A stretch of DNA of 64,000 nt from Chloroflexota bacterium (GTDB lineage: Bacteria > Chloroflexota > UBA11872 > VXOZ01). Under the pieces are notes generated by a model that was not told where the DNA came from, made no database searches, and saw nothing but the letters and a program-made list of their open reading frames with translations. A program made the translations under genes and the position numbers. The stretch's first letter is position 1. Each line of letters opens with the position of its first letter. Positions 37,746 to 47,696 of the stretch are shown here, one piece after another. The stretch is from positions 160,001-224,000 of the forward strand of contig CAXXVD010000003.1 in the NCBI GenBank assembly GCA_963662335.2, in the 5' to 3' direction.

Positions 37746-38540
37746 CTACCCGTCGTGAGGCTCCGGCTCGATGAGGGTGCAATAGGCCCCTTGCGGATCG
37801 CACACGAAGGCGAACCGCCCAACGCCGTCCACCGCCATTGCGGGTGAAATCTGCTGCCCGCCGAGGTCTTGCAATTGCGCGAGCGCAGCGTCCAAGTCGC
37901 CCACGGCAAGGTAGACCGACCAGTTGGGCGGCATCGGCTCCCACTCCTCGCGAATCGCCATCATGCCGGCGGCCGGCTGGCCGCCGAGGCTGAACAGATT
38001 GTACTCGCCGCCGTCGCCGCTCCGGGTCTTCTCCGCCGACCAGCCGAAGAGGCCCGCGTAGAATTGCGCGGCGGCCGCGGTGTCATGGGTATAGAGTTCG
38101 TTCCAGGCCAGCGCGCCGGGCTCGCCAAAGACCTCGGCGCCGATCTGCGTGCGGGGCTGCCAGACCGCGAACGTCCCGCCGGTGGGGTCTTGGCCCACCA
38201 CCATGCGGCCCGCGTCCATGACGTCCAGCGGCGCTTGCGCCACGTTGCCGCCCAACGCCGCGATGCGGGCCGCCGTCTCGTCGGCGCTCTCCACCGTGAA
38301 GTAGCTCTGCCACACCGGCCGGCCGCCGGTCATTTGCTTCAACTCTGCCGGCATGTCGTAGAGCGCAAAGGCCTTCCGGCCTCCATTCAGCAGGATGCTA
38401 TAGCCCATGGCGTCGCCCATCGCTATGTCGAACGCTTGCAGCCCCAGGAGCGCGGTATAGAATTGCTTGGAGCCGGCCAGGTCGGGCGTGCCCAGGTCGG
38501 CCCAACTGAACATGCCGGGGGTATGCTTGCTTACGTCCAT
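37746..38540 (-). CDS. VOC/glyoxalase family protein (two domains, Rv0577-like)
   Basis: PGMFSWADL, FYTALLG, WQSYFTV, DPTGG, WNELYT and DPQGA motifs. Confidence 0.9.
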   Translation of the reverse strand: MDVSKHTPGMFSWADLGTPDLAGSKQFYTALLGLQAFDIAMGDAMGYSILLNGGRKAFALYDMPAELKQMTGGRPVWQSYFTVESADETAARIAALGGNVAQAPLDVMDAGRMVVGQDPTGGTFAVWQPRTQIGAEVFGEPGALAWNELYTHDTAAAAQFYAGLFGWSAEKTRSGDGGEYNLFSLGGQPAAGMMAIREEWEPMPPNWSVYLAVGDLDAALAQLQDLGGQQISPAMAVDGVGRFAFVCDPQGAYCTLIEPEPHDG

Positions 38541-38651
38541 TGTCACCTCTGTTTGGTTGCGCGTAGCGCCGCGTACGCTGAAAAGACCCACACAGTATAT
38601 AGTAGAGTTTGCAGGCGAGAACTGGCAATCAGACTGGAGAGGACGGCCACC

Positions 38652-39533
38652 ATGGACGACGTAATCCTGGAAACGGCGCTGCCGGCGCCCCGCTACGCCC
38701 GCGGCAAAGTGCGCGACATGTACGACCTGGGCGACCGGTTGCTCATCGTCACCACTGACCGCATCTCGGCCTTCGACGTGGTGCTGCCCATGGGCATTCC
38801 CGCCAAGGGCCGGGCGCTCAATCAACTCTCCGCCTTCTGGTTCCGGCGCATGGGGCATCTAGTTCCCAACCACCTGCTCAGCGCCGACCCGGCGGCGTAC
38901 CCGGCAGAATTGCAGGCGCACGGCGCGGTGCTGGCGGGACGCAGCATGATGGTGAAGAAGGCGGAGCGCATCGACGCTGAGTGCGTGGTGCGCGGCTACC
39001 TGGCCGGTTCCGGCTGGCGCGACTACGTCCGCACCGGCGCGGTCTGCGGCCACGAACTGCCGCCGGGCCTGCTGGAAAGCCAGGAGTTGCCTGAGCCAAT
39101 CTTCACCCCCGCCACCAAAGCCGATAGCGGCCACGACGAGAATATCACCCGCGAACAGTTGGCGGCGCAAATCGGCGCGGACCTGGCGGCAAAACTGGAA
39201 GCAGTCTCCCTCGCCATCTATGAGTTCGGGCGCGCCGAGGCCCAAAAGGCAGGCTTGATCGTGGCGGACACCAAGTTCGAGTTCGGCCTCTACGAGGGCG
39301 AAATCATGCTGATCGACGAGGCGTTTACGCCGGATTCATCGCGCTACTGGGACATCGACACCTACGCGCCCGGCCGCCCCCAACCCAGCTACGATAAGGA
39401 ATTCGTCCGCGCCTGGCTGCGCGAGAGCGGCTGGAACATGGAACCGCCCGCGCCTACGCTGCCGGACGACATCATCCAGAAGACCAGCGAGAAATACCAG
39501 GAAGCCCTGCGGCGCATCACGGCCATCGCCTGA
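38652..39533 (+). CDS. purC: Phosphoribosylaminoimidazolesuccinocarboxamide synthase
   Basis: RGKVRDMY, TDRISAFD, ECVVRGYLAGSG, DTKFEFG and TPDSSRYW motifs. Confidence 0.97.
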   Translation: MDDVILETALPAPRYARGKVRDMYDLGDRLLIVTTDRISAFDVVLPMGIPAKGRALNQLSAFWFRRMGHLVPNHLLSADPAAYPAELQAHGAVLAGRSMMVKKAERIDAECVVRGYLAGSGWRDYVRTGAVCGHELPPGLLESQELPEPIFTPATKADSGHDENITREQLAAQIGADLAAKLEAVSLAIYEFGRAEAQKAGLIVADTKFEFGLYEGEIMLIDEAFTPDSSRYWDIDTYAPGRPQPSYDKEFVRAWLRESGWNMEPPAPTLPDDIIQKTSEKYQEALRRITAIA

Positions 39534-39543
39534 AGCGACGCGG

Positions 39544-40722
39544 CTACGCGGACGGCTCGCTCCGGCGGCGGGCTTCCCTGTACACCGCCAGGGTGTGCTC
39601 CGCGATGCGCGGCCAGGAGAAGTGTTGGGCGAATTGCCGGGCGGCTGTGCCAAGGGCTTCCGCCAGCGCGCGGTCTTGGTAGAGGCTTTGCAGCGCGTTG
39701 CTCAGGGCCGGCGGGTCGTCGGGCGTCACGAGCAGCAGGGCGCCGCTCTCTTGTAGTTCCGGCGTGGGCCGCTGGGGATGGGTCGTGACCACCGGCAGGC
39801 CGTGGGCGAGGGCCGTGAGCAGACTCGTGCGGCGCAGCGACGCCCCATCCGTGAACGGCAGGGCCAGCGCGTCGCAGGTTGCCAACGCGCGGGAAGCGTC
39901 CGCCGCCTCCAAATAGCCCGTGCTGAGCAGAATGTCCCCCATGTCCAGATCCAATCTGCGGATGAGGCGCTCCAGGCGCTCTTTGTAGACGGCGTTCGTC
40001 GGATCGCTGTCACCCACGCTGCCGCCCACGATGAGCGCTTGCACGGGGATGTCCTGAGCGCGCAGCCGGCGCACCGCCGCGAAGAGCGTGTCGAGACCTT
40101 TCGTGTGATTGACGAAGCCAAAGAACCCTACCAAGAAGGCGTCCGGGGCGACGCCGCATTCGGCGCGGAGCGTTTGTCGTTCGTCAGCGGTGATGGGGAC
40201 GACGGGGACGGCGGGCCCCGCGCCGATTTGGTGCGTCGGCGCGTCGGACTCGACGGCGGCGCCCCACCGCTCCCGGTCTTCCTGCGTGGTGAAGATGAGC
40301 GCGTCGCTGTGGCGGCCCAGCGCGTGGGTCACCCAGCGGCGCAGCCGGCCCGCCTTGGGAAAGAGATACGGCTCGCGCAGGTCGTGAAACGTGGTGACCA
40401 CGGCCGGGCGCGGCGTGGCGCGGCGGAGATACCAGGGCAGCAGGTTGACGGCCGGCTTGAGGTCGAAGGCGGCGGTCTGGTATTGCACGTGCACCACGTC
40501 GATGCGGCGCTCGTCGATGATCTGCCGCGCCACGCCCCAGAAGGGAAAGCCCCACGTGCCCACCACGGGATGCACGCTGCGTTCGGCGCTGGCGCACGCG
40601 GCGTCGGTGAGCACCTCGCTGGTCACTTCCAGCGCCCGCAGTTCCACCCGCAACGCCGCCGTGTAGTCGGCAATGCCGCCTTGAAGCGGCGGGTACTCGC
40701 CTGTGATGAAGAGGACGCGCAT
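39544..40722 (-). CDS. Glycosyltransferase family 4
   Basis: MRVLFITGEYPPLQGGIADY, FFGF...KG and ALAHGLPVVTT motifs. The start overlaps the upstream stop. Confidence 0.92.
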   Translation of the reverse strand: MRVLFITGEYPPLQGGIADYTAALRVELRALEVTSEVLTDAACASAERSVHPVVGTWGFPFWGVARQIIDERRIDVVHVQYQTAAFDLKPAVNLLPWYLRRATPRPAVVTTFHDLREPYLFPKAGRLRRWVTHALGRHSDALIFTTQEDRERWGAAVESDAPTHQIGAGPAVPVVPITADERQTLRAECGVAPDAFLVGFFGFVNHTKGLDTLFAAVRRLRAQDIPVQALIVGGSVGDSDPTNAVYKERLERLIRRLDLDMGDILLSTGYLEAADASRALATCDALALPFTDGASLRRTSLLTALAHGLPVVTTHPQRPTPELQESGALLLVTPDDPPALSNALQSLYQDRALAEALGTAARQFAQHFSWPRIAEHTLAVYREARRRSEPSA

Positions 40723-42527
40723 CAGACTTGGCGCCTTTCGCGCCTGGGCAAGCCGGTCAAATACCACGCCGTCACCCGCGCCAGCACGCCAACGTCCTGC
40801 CGCAAGTCGCGGTTGCGCCACCTGAATAGAACTTTCGCCGCCTGCTGCGCCGTGTAGACGGCAAACAGAAGACCGACGCAAACCCGTATCGGCAGGGCGG
40901 CCAAGCGGCCGCGTTCTTTGGCCAGGAACGCCTGGCGGCTGCGGTGGAAGTTCAGGGCGCGGGCGGTGGGGTCTTGGTCCGCGCTTTGGCTCCGGTGGTG
41001 CAGCACCCGCGCGCCGGGGAAGTAGGCAACGTCCCAGCCCGCTTCCCGGATGCGCCGGCACCAATCGGTCTCCTCGAAGTACATGAAGAAGCGGGGATCG
41101 AAACCGCCCACCGCCCGCAGTACCGCCCGCCGCGCCACCAGGCACGCGCCTTCCACCCACTCCACGGTGGCCGCTCGCGTTGCGTCCAAGTCGCGGCAGT
41201 AGAAGCGCCGGAGCGCGGGTACCTCGCCCAACCACCACTGGAGCGGCGTGCTTTCCAGGAACGCGGCGGCGAGCGTATACGATCGGCGGCACGTCCACTG
41301 GGCGGTTCCGTCCGCTTGAACGACGTGCGGCCCGAGCAGCCCGGCGCGCGGCTGACGCGCCAGGTAGTCCCGCGCTGCCGTAAAGAAGCCGGGTTCCACG
41401 CTGGCGTCGGGATTCAGGATTACTATCAATTCGCCCCGCGCGGCCAGCATACCCTGGTTTGCCGCCCGGCCGAATCCCGTGTTCTCGGCATTTTCCAGCA
41501 GCCGCACGTGGGGAAAGCGCGCCCGCACCGTTGCCGCGCTGCCGTCTGCCGAGGCGTTATCCACCACGATCACCTCGCCGTCAATGTCGGCACACTCCAT
41601 GTCGGCCAGCACCGAATCGATAGCGGACGCGAGCAAGTCGGCCACGTTGTAGGAGACGATGACGACGGAGACGCCGCGCGTTGCCGCCGGCATTTCCCAG
41701 AATTGCCGCCAAACGGCAGTAGTGGGGTCGTTTTCCAGCGCCGCAAGGTGTCGGTAGGTGCGCCATTCGAAGTAGGCCGTCGCTACGCTGAGCGCGAAAC
41801 CCAGCCAGCCGTCGGCGTATCCCTGCCAAGTGAAGAACCGGCGCTTGAAGGCGCGCAACGGCTGCAGGACGTAATTGCGCCAGCGCACCCGTTGCCCCGC
41901 CAGCCAGAAGCGACGCGCCTCCAGCCTGGCGTGGAAATGCTGCTTGGTAACGAAATGCCGCACCGAACGGTAGTTGTAGTGGATGAGTTGCTGCCGCAAG
42001 CGCTCTTCGGGTCCCGTCAGCGCCACAATCTCGTGGGTAAAGTGAGCGGGATCGTAGCGGCCTTGGTCTGCGCGAAACAACCTGAGTTGGTAGTCAGGAC
42101 CCCAGCCGGTGTGCCGTATCCAGCGTTGCTTGAAGAGGTTCTTGCGCGGAATCCAATAGCCGACAACCGCTTCATCGCGTACCGCCTGGCGGATTTCCGT
42201 TGCCAGTTCCGGCGGCACGCGCTCGTCAGAGTCGACGAAGAGCACCCATGGGGTCCGCACGTGATCCAGAGCGAAGTTGCGCTGCGCCGCAAGACTATCG
42301 AGTTTGCGCTGCAACACGCGCACGCCTTGCCGTTCGCACAGGGCCCGGGTATCGTCCGTGCTGAAATCGTCCACCGCCACGATGCTATCGGCCCAGGCAA
42401 GGGTAGCGAGACACATCGCGATCTCCGCCGCCACATTGCGCGTTAGTACCACGGCCGTTATGCCGGTGGCCGCTGGGGGTGCAGATGGATTTCCGTTTGC
42501 GCGGGAATGACTCGGTTCAGTTGTCAT
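40722..42527 (-). CDS. Two-domain GT2 glycosyltransferase fusion (WaaE-like plus WbbL-like)
   Basis: Domain 1: VDDFSTD, VDSDE, PDYQLRLF. Domain 2: VVDNASADG, LNPD, FFMYFEETDWC. Confidence 0.9.
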   Translation of the reverse strand: MTTEPSHSRANGNPSAPPAATGITAVVLTRNVAAEIAMCLATLAWADSIVAVDDFSTDDTRALCERQGVRVLQRKLDSLAAQRNFALDHVRTPWVLFVDSDERVPPELATEIRQAVRDEAVVGYWIPRKNLFKQRWIRHTGWGPDYQLRLFRADQGRYDPAHFTHEIVALTGPEERLRQQLIHYNYRSVRHFVTKQHFHARLEARRFWLAGQRVRWRNYVLQPLRAFKRRFFTWQGYADGWLGFALSVATAYFEWRTYRHLAALENDPTTAVWRQFWEMPAATRGVSVVIVSYNVADLLASAIDSVLADMECADIDGEVIVVDNASADGSAATVRARFPHVRLLENAENTGFGRAANQGMLAARGELIVILNPDASVEPGFFTAARDYLARQPRAGLLGPHVVQADGTAQWTCRRSYTLAAAFLESTPLQWWLGEVPALRRFYCRDLDATRAATVEWVEGACLVARRAVLRAVGGFDPRFFMYFEETDWCRRIREAGWDVAYFPGARVLHHRSQSADQDPTARALNFHRSRQAFLAKERGRLAALPIRVCVGLLFAVYTAQQAAKVLFRWRNRDLRQDVGVLARVTAWYLTGLPRRERRQV

Positions 42528-42542
42528 GACGGTCTCTACGGC

Positions 42543-43532
42543 TCAGGACCTTGTCTTGCGTTCACGCTCTAGCGCCAGCGCCAGCACACGCAGTCGGCTC
42601 TGCCAGCGCTTGCGGAGTTCACTCTTGCTCTCGTGATGCAGCCGTAGCGGGAGCATTCGCAGCAGTTGCCACACAATGCCCACTGCCACAATGGCCCGCG
42701 CGGCCCACCGGTAGCCCCAGCTATGGTGCTTGCCGAAGAGGCGGAAGCGGCTGCGGTGCAGTTCCACGAACATGCGTCCGGCCTGCTGCCGCGTGCTTTG
42801 GCCGCCGTGGTGCATCACTCGCGCGCCGGGCACGTGCATGATCTCCCAGCCCGCCTGCTTGATGCGGCGGCACCAGTCGATCTCCTCGCAGTACATGAAG
42901 AACCGTTCGTCCAGCAGCCCCGCGTCCGCGCACACCGCGCGCCGCGCCATCATGCAAGCCCCCAGGGGATGGTCCATGGCGAACGGCTGTTCGTAGCGCG
43001 CAAACGGGTAGCGCCCGTTCAGGCGGGAGTTGAGCAAGCGGTGATGCAGGGGAAATACGTCGAGGAACGCCATGGCGAGCGTGGGAAAGCGAAAGGCCGC
43101 GTGCTGGTACGTGCCGTCGCTGTGGAGCAGGGTCGGCCCGACCAGCCCGACCGTTGGCTGTGCGTGCAGGAAGGCCGCGAGCGCGTCCAACGCGCCGGGG
43201 AAAAGCTCTGTGTCCGGGTTGAGCAGGCAGAGATATTCGCCCTGCGCGGCGCGCAAGCCCTGATTGCACGCGGCGGCAAAGCCGCGATTATCGCTATTGG
43301 CAATCACCTGCGCGTGTGGAAACTGGGCGCGCACCATGGCTGCGCTATCGTCGGCGGAGGCGTTATCCACCACGATCACCTCGTCCGGCGGGCGCGGCTC
43401 CGCCGCAAGGGACGCCAAGCAGCGCGCCAGCAGCGCCCGCGTATTGTACGAAACGATGATGACGGAAACGGTGGGTTGAGATACGGAAATGGCGGATTGG
43501 GAATTGGAATCGCTGGGTTGGGACTGGTCCAT
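42543..43532 (-). CDS. GT2 glycosyltransferase (WbbL-like)
   Basis: VSVIIVSYN, VVDNASAD, LLNPD and FFMYCEEIDWC motifs. Confidence 0.92.
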   Translation of the reverse strand: MDQSQPSDSNSQSAISVSQPTVSVIIVSYNTRALLARCLASLAAEPRPPDEVIVVDNASADDSAAMVRAQFPHAQVIANSDNRGFAAACNQGLRAAQGEYLCLLNPDTELFPGALDALAAFLHAQPTVGLVGPTLLHSDGTYQHAAFRFPTLAMAFLDVFPLHHRLLNSRLNGRYPFARYEQPFAMDHPLGACMMARRAVCADAGLLDERFFMYCEEIDWCRRIKQAGWEIMHVPGARVMHHGGQSTRQQAGRMFVELHRSRFRLFGKHHSWGYRWAARAIVAVGIVWQLLRMLPLRLHHESKSELRKRWQSRLRVLALALERERKTRS

Positions 43533-43550
43533 GTTTTCGCCTCGCCGGCT

Positions 43551-43664
43551 GCCGTCATTGCCGCGCCCTCACCGTCACTCCCGCACCCTTGCCGTCATTC
43601 CGGCGAAAGCCGGAATCCATTTGGGCACGCGCGCCCTGGATTCCGGCTTTCGCCGGAATGACGG
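43551..43664. repeat. Palindromic repeat family E (GTCATTCCGGCGAAAGCCGGAATCCA...TGGATTCCGGCTTTCGCCGGAATGAC) with leading 20-bp tandem units
   Basis: Full inverted pair at 43592-43664. Half copies or variants near 11269, 35645, 42486, 45821, 55191 and 62461. Confidence 0.85.
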
Positions 43665-43702
43665 AAAACGTCGCCTCGGCTGCGGCCCGCCCGGCTGCGG
43701 CT

Positions 43703-44311
43703 TCACGCGAACCAGCCGTGGAACACGTCCGCGCCCCAGGCCGCCAGATGCGCCACCGTCACGAACTTGACCGTATTGCCAAGCAGACACGCCAGGAAGA
43801 ACCGGCTGACCGGATACTGCACGGAGCCGGCCGCGAACCCCGCCACGTCGAAGAACGGATTGGGAATGGCCGCGAACACGAAGAGAGTGATCATGCCGCG
43901 CTTGGCAATCCACCGCTTCAGGCGATCATACCACGCCCGGCCGCCGACAAAGCGCTCGACGACCCGGTGCGACCCCACGCCGGCCAGGTAGCCCGCGACC
44001 TCGCCGACGGTAGCGCCGACGGCGGCCGCGGCGGCGACCAACAGCGGGTTCCACACCGTCGCGCCCGCAATCAGCGCCGCCATGCCCGGCACCGGCAAGA
44101 CGAACGCGCCGCTGCCAACCATATTCAGCACGAATATGCCCAGGTAGCCCGCCGCCTGCAAGCCCTCCAGCCGCTCTCGATACACGATGAAGGCAACGGT
44201 GAGCGCGATGAGCGGCACGAACGCGGCGGCGCGCGGCAGCGCCGGCGCAAGCCGGTACTTCAGGCGCTGCGCGCGCGTTAGGTCAGATCCGGCTATCTCC
44301 GCTGATTCCAT
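43703..44311 (-). CDS. VTT domain/DedA-superfamily membrane protein
   Basis: LPVPG, GATVGEVAGYLAG and IPNPFFDVAG motifs. Confidence 0.85.
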   Translation of the reverse strand: MESAEIAGSDLTRAQRLKYRLAPALPRAAAFVPLIALTVAFIVYRERLEGLQAAGYLGIFVLNMVGSGAFVLPVPGMAALIAGATVWNPLLVAAAAAVGATVGEVAGYLAGVGSHRVVERFVGGRAWYDRLKRWIAKRGMITLFVFAAIPNPFFDVAGFAAGSVQYPVSRFFLACLLGNTVKFVTVAHLAAWGADVFHGWFA

Positions 44312-44359
44312 AGCCCACCGGGCGCTCCCCGGTTCACCCCGTTCATACCGGCAGTAGCC

Positions 44360-45691
44360 TTACCACACCAGCCGCCGGAACGGCTCGCGCGCGGTCTCCG
44401 CCTCCAGCAGGTCGTCGAGTTCTCCCGCCAGGGCGCGCTTGACAACCGCCAGCGCCTCGGCGGCGGCCGCTCCGGTGACGGCGACGTCTTCATCCGTGTG
44501 CGCCAGCGTGGCCGTGAACGCGGTGTAGCAAAAGACGCCGCGCTTGACCATCTCCTGGATGAAGAGCGTCTCGATGGGTTTCTTCAGCGCCGGATCCGGC
44601 AGGTCGAACGCCAACGTCGGCATGGTGTGCACGCCGGTGACCGTCGCCGCAACGCCGGCCGCGTCGATGGCGGCTCGCAGCGCCGCCCTTACTTTCTCGC
44701 CGATCTCCTTGAAGCGCGCGGGCGCGTGCCGCCGCTTCAGTTCGCCGATCGTGGCCACCGACGCCGCCAGGCCCACGGCCTCGCTCCAGTAGGAACTCGA
44801 GACGAACATGCGGCTCGCCGGTTCCATGGCCGCGCGGGAACCGACCACGCAACCCATGGCGTAGCCGTTGGACATGGACTTGGCAAAGGTGGCCATGTCG
44901 GGCGTGACGCCCAGCCACTCCTGCGCGCCGCCCAGCGCCAGCCGCCAGCCCGACGACACCTCGTCCAGGATGAAGAGCGCGTCGTGGGCGCGGCACATGT
45001 CCTGCACGGCTTCCAGGTAGCCCGGCGCGGGCGGCTCGGAGCGCATCGGCTCCATCATCACCGCCGCCACCTCGCCTTTGTGCGCCGCGAATCCTCTTTC
45101 CAGGCTATCAAGATTGCCGTAGGTAAAGGGGATTGCCGTGCCCGCCAGCGCCCGCGGCACCCCGATCGGCTCGATGCCCGCAAAGGGGAACTCATCGGTC
45201 TCCGGGTCGGCGAGGTAATTGGCCGACTGGTACCAATCGTGCCAGCCGTGGTAGCCGGAGAAGAGGATTGTGTCCCTGCCGGTCGTGCCGCGGGCGATGC
45301 GCACCGCCACCGCGCAGGCCTCGCCGCCGCCTTTGGTGTAGCGCACCATCTCCGCGCTGGGGATGGTCTCCACCAGCAGTTCGGCAAGCTCGATCTCCAG
45401 CGGACTGTTCAGGCTGTAGAGGCTGCCCGCGTCGATCTGCGCCTTCACAGCGGTGTCCGCCACGTCGTCGGCGTGGCCCAGGATGATGGCCGTCACCGCG
45501 TTCACCCAGTCGATGTACTCGTTGCCGTCCACGTCGGTGAAGCGCGCGCCTTTGGCATAGGCGGCGTAGATGGGGCTGACGGGGTGGGCAAAGCCGCTCG
45601 CCCGGCGGCTGATGAGCTGCGTCCGGCCGGGAATGAGCCGGCCGGCCTGCCGGTAGAGAGCGAGGGAACGTTGTACTCTGCTCCGCGTCAT
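44360..45691 (-). CDS. Class III aminotransferase (glutamate-1-semialdehyde aminomutase-like paralog)
   Basis: DVDGNEYID, ILGH, YHGW, FILDEV and TFAKSMSNG motifs. Confidence 0.88.
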   Translation of the reverse strand: MTRSRVQRSLALYRQAGRLIPGRTQLISRRASGFAHPVSPIYAAYAKGARFTDVDGNEYIDWVNAVTAIILGHADDVADTAVKAQIDAGSLYSLNSPLEIELAELLVETIPSAEMVRYTKGGGEACAVAVRIARGTTGRDTILFSGYHGWHDWYQSANYLADPETDEFPFAGIEPIGVPRALAGTAIPFTYGNLDSLERGFAAHKGEVAAVMMEPMRSEPPAPGYLEAVQDMCRAHDALFILDEVSSGWRLALGGAQEWLGVTPDMATFAKSMSNGYAMGCVVGSRAAMEPASRMFVSSSYWSEAVGLAASVATIGELKRRHAPARFKEIGEKVRAALRAAIDAAGVAATVTGVHTMPTLAFDLPDPALKKPIETLFIQEMVKRGVFCYTAFTATLAHTDEDVAVTGAAAAEALAVVKRALAGELDDLLEAETAREPFRRLVW

Positions 45692-46085
45692 GTTCCGTGC
45701 CGTCCCTTCGTTGCGAGGTTGTGAGGATTGAGATTGTGAAAATTCTTGAAGAAACAACCCGTCTTGCCGATTCCCGTTCTGCCTCTCCGGCAACCAGTCA
45801 GTCACTCCGGCAACCAGTCAGTCATTCCGGCGAAAGCCGGAATCCATCTTCTCATTCCATCGGTGTAGGGGCACGACATGTCGTGCCCCTACACCGAACG
45901 CGCGCCGCGTCGCAAGAGGCGGGGGACAAGCCCCCGCGCTACGACAAACAGGACGCCATTGGGGCGCATGCCCCGGCGCTACGCATTAGATTCCTCGCTT
46001 GCGCACGCGCTGGCGACAGAGTCTTTGCTACACTATATCTTGTAACATGAGCGCCAGTGTGTGCAATGCGTGAAAGGAGAACGAG

Positions 46086-46643
46086 GTGCGTCTATTCAGA
46101 AGCGTGGTTCCCTTGCTACTTGCCGCCGGGGCGTTGCTGCTCACGGCCGGCTGCTCGGTGCAGGTGCAAGAAGCGCCGGCCGCGCCCCTGGACGTAGGCG
46201 CGACGGCCACGGCCATGCTGGCCGCGCCGGACGGCGCCGCCATGGGCACGGTGACGCTCACCCAAACGCCGCACGGGGTCATCCTCGCCGCGGATCTGAG
46301 CGGTTTGGCGCCGGGCGGGCACGGCTTCCACATTCACGAGACGGGCAGTTGCGCGCCGGACTTTTCCGCGGCCGGCGGGCACTACGCGCCCCTGGGACAC
46401 GGCCACGGCCTTGCCCATGAGGGCGGCGTCCATGCCGGCGACTTGCCAAACGTATTCGCCGCGGCGGACGGAACGGCCCGCGCGGACGTCTTCACCAGCA
46501 AGGTGACGCTAACGGCAGACCTGCCCCACACGCTCTTCGATGAGGACGGCTCCGCGATCATCATCCATGAGAAGCCCGACACCTACGGCGATGACCCCGC
46601 CGCCGGCGCCCGTGTCGCCTGCGGCGTGATTACGCTGGACTGA
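46086..46643 (+). CDS. sodC: Cu/Zn superoxide dismutase, lipoprotein
   Basis: HGFHIH, GGHY, HG, HAGDL, IIIH and GARVACG motifs; lipobox LTAGC. Confidence 0.93.
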   Translation: MRLFRSVVPLLLAAGALLLTAGCSVQVQEAPAAPLDVGATATAMLAAPDGAAMGTVTLTQTPHGVILAADLSGLAPGGHGFHIHETGSCAPDFSAAGGHYAPLGHGHGLAHEGGVHAGDLPNVFAAADGTARADVFTSKVTLTADLPHTLFDEDGSAIIIHEKPDTYGDDPAAGARVACGVITLD

Positions 46644-46645
46644 CG

Positions 46646-47515
46646 GTGCAGCCGCTCATAAAGACCCACAATCTGCGCCATACCTATGCCGACGGCGCCC
46701 ACGTCGATTTGGCCGGCTGCGATCTCGCCATCTGGCCGGGTGACCGCGTGGCGGTGGTGGGCGCGAACGGCGCGGGCAAGAGCACCCTCTTCCTGCTGTT
46801 GCTCGGCATGTTGCGCCCCAGCGCGGGCACGGTGCAGGTTTTGGGGCATGATCCGGCCGCGGACTTCGCCAGGATCCGCCAGCGCATCGGCGTGGTCTTG
46901 CAGAACGTGGAGTACCAGATTCTGGCCCCGACGGTGTGGGAGGACATTTCCTTCTCTCCCAGGAACTACGGCTTGCCGCAGGAGGAGGTCGCGCGCCTCA
47001 CCAACGCCGTCATGGAGACGCTGCGCATCACGCACCTGGCGGACAAAGTGCCGCACTACCTCTCGGCCGGCGAGAAGCGGCGGGTGGCGCTGGCGGGCGC
47101 GTTGGTGATGCAGCCGGAACTATTGGTGCTGGATGAGCCGTTCGAGGGCCTCGATCCGGCCTCACGCGACGACCTGATTGCTCTGCTCAACACCCTCAAC
47201 CGCGAGCGCGGCGCCACCCTCATCATCTCCACCCATCACCTGGACCTGATACCGGAAATCTCCGACGGCGTGTACGTGCTGGACGGACAGCGCGGCATCG
47301 TGTGCCGCTACTGCGTGGCAGACCTCTTCGAGCAGGACGAGATGCTGCGGGAGGCCAACGTTTCACCGCCAATCCTGAGCGAACTCTTTGGCGAGTTGCG
47401 CCAACGCGGCGTGGACGCGAAGACGCCGGTCACGGTCTCCCAGGCCGCCGAGGACCTGATGGAACTCATCCGCAACGGCAACGGACCGCCGGAAGGCACA
47501 GAGGATTCCCCCTAG
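46646..47515 (+). CDS. ECF/cobalt-nickel ABC transporter ATPase (CbiO/EcfA-like)
   Basis: GANGAGKST, LQN..YQI.APTVWED..F.P.N, LSAGEKRRVALAG and LDEP motifs. Confidence 0.88.
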   Translation: MQPLIKTHNLRHTYADGAHVDLAGCDLAIWPGDRVAVVGANGAGKSTLFLLLLGMLRPSAGTVQVLGHDPAADFARIRQRIGVVLQNVEYQILAPTVWEDISFSPRNYGLPQEEVARLTNAVMETLRITHLADKVPHYLSAGEKRRVALAGALVMQPELLVLDEPFEGLDPASRDDLIALLNTLNRERGATLIISTHHLDLIPEISDGVYVLDGQRGIVCRYCVADLFEQDEMLREANVSPPILSELFGELRQRGVDAKTPVTVSQAAEDLMELIRNGNGPPEGTEDSP

Positions 47516-47696
47516 CCTGCCGAGTGCCAGCCACTCTCGCTTCTTTTCTACACAAGTTGCATGTCGCTTGCTGTTCACACTGAATGATCGACACGTCCGT
47601 ATTAACCTGCCTCTATACCCTTGACGCTGTCCCATAGAGGTATATACTGACATTGTAGTGTGTTAGCGTACCTCAAGCGACTGGAGGTGGTAGGCG

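Noticed and set aside
44360-45691. Calling the aminotransferase hemL
   Set aside because: It lacks the canonical PGGVNSPVR and NSGTEA motifs (it has PGRTQLISR and KGGGEA), so it is a paralog of unknown substrate.
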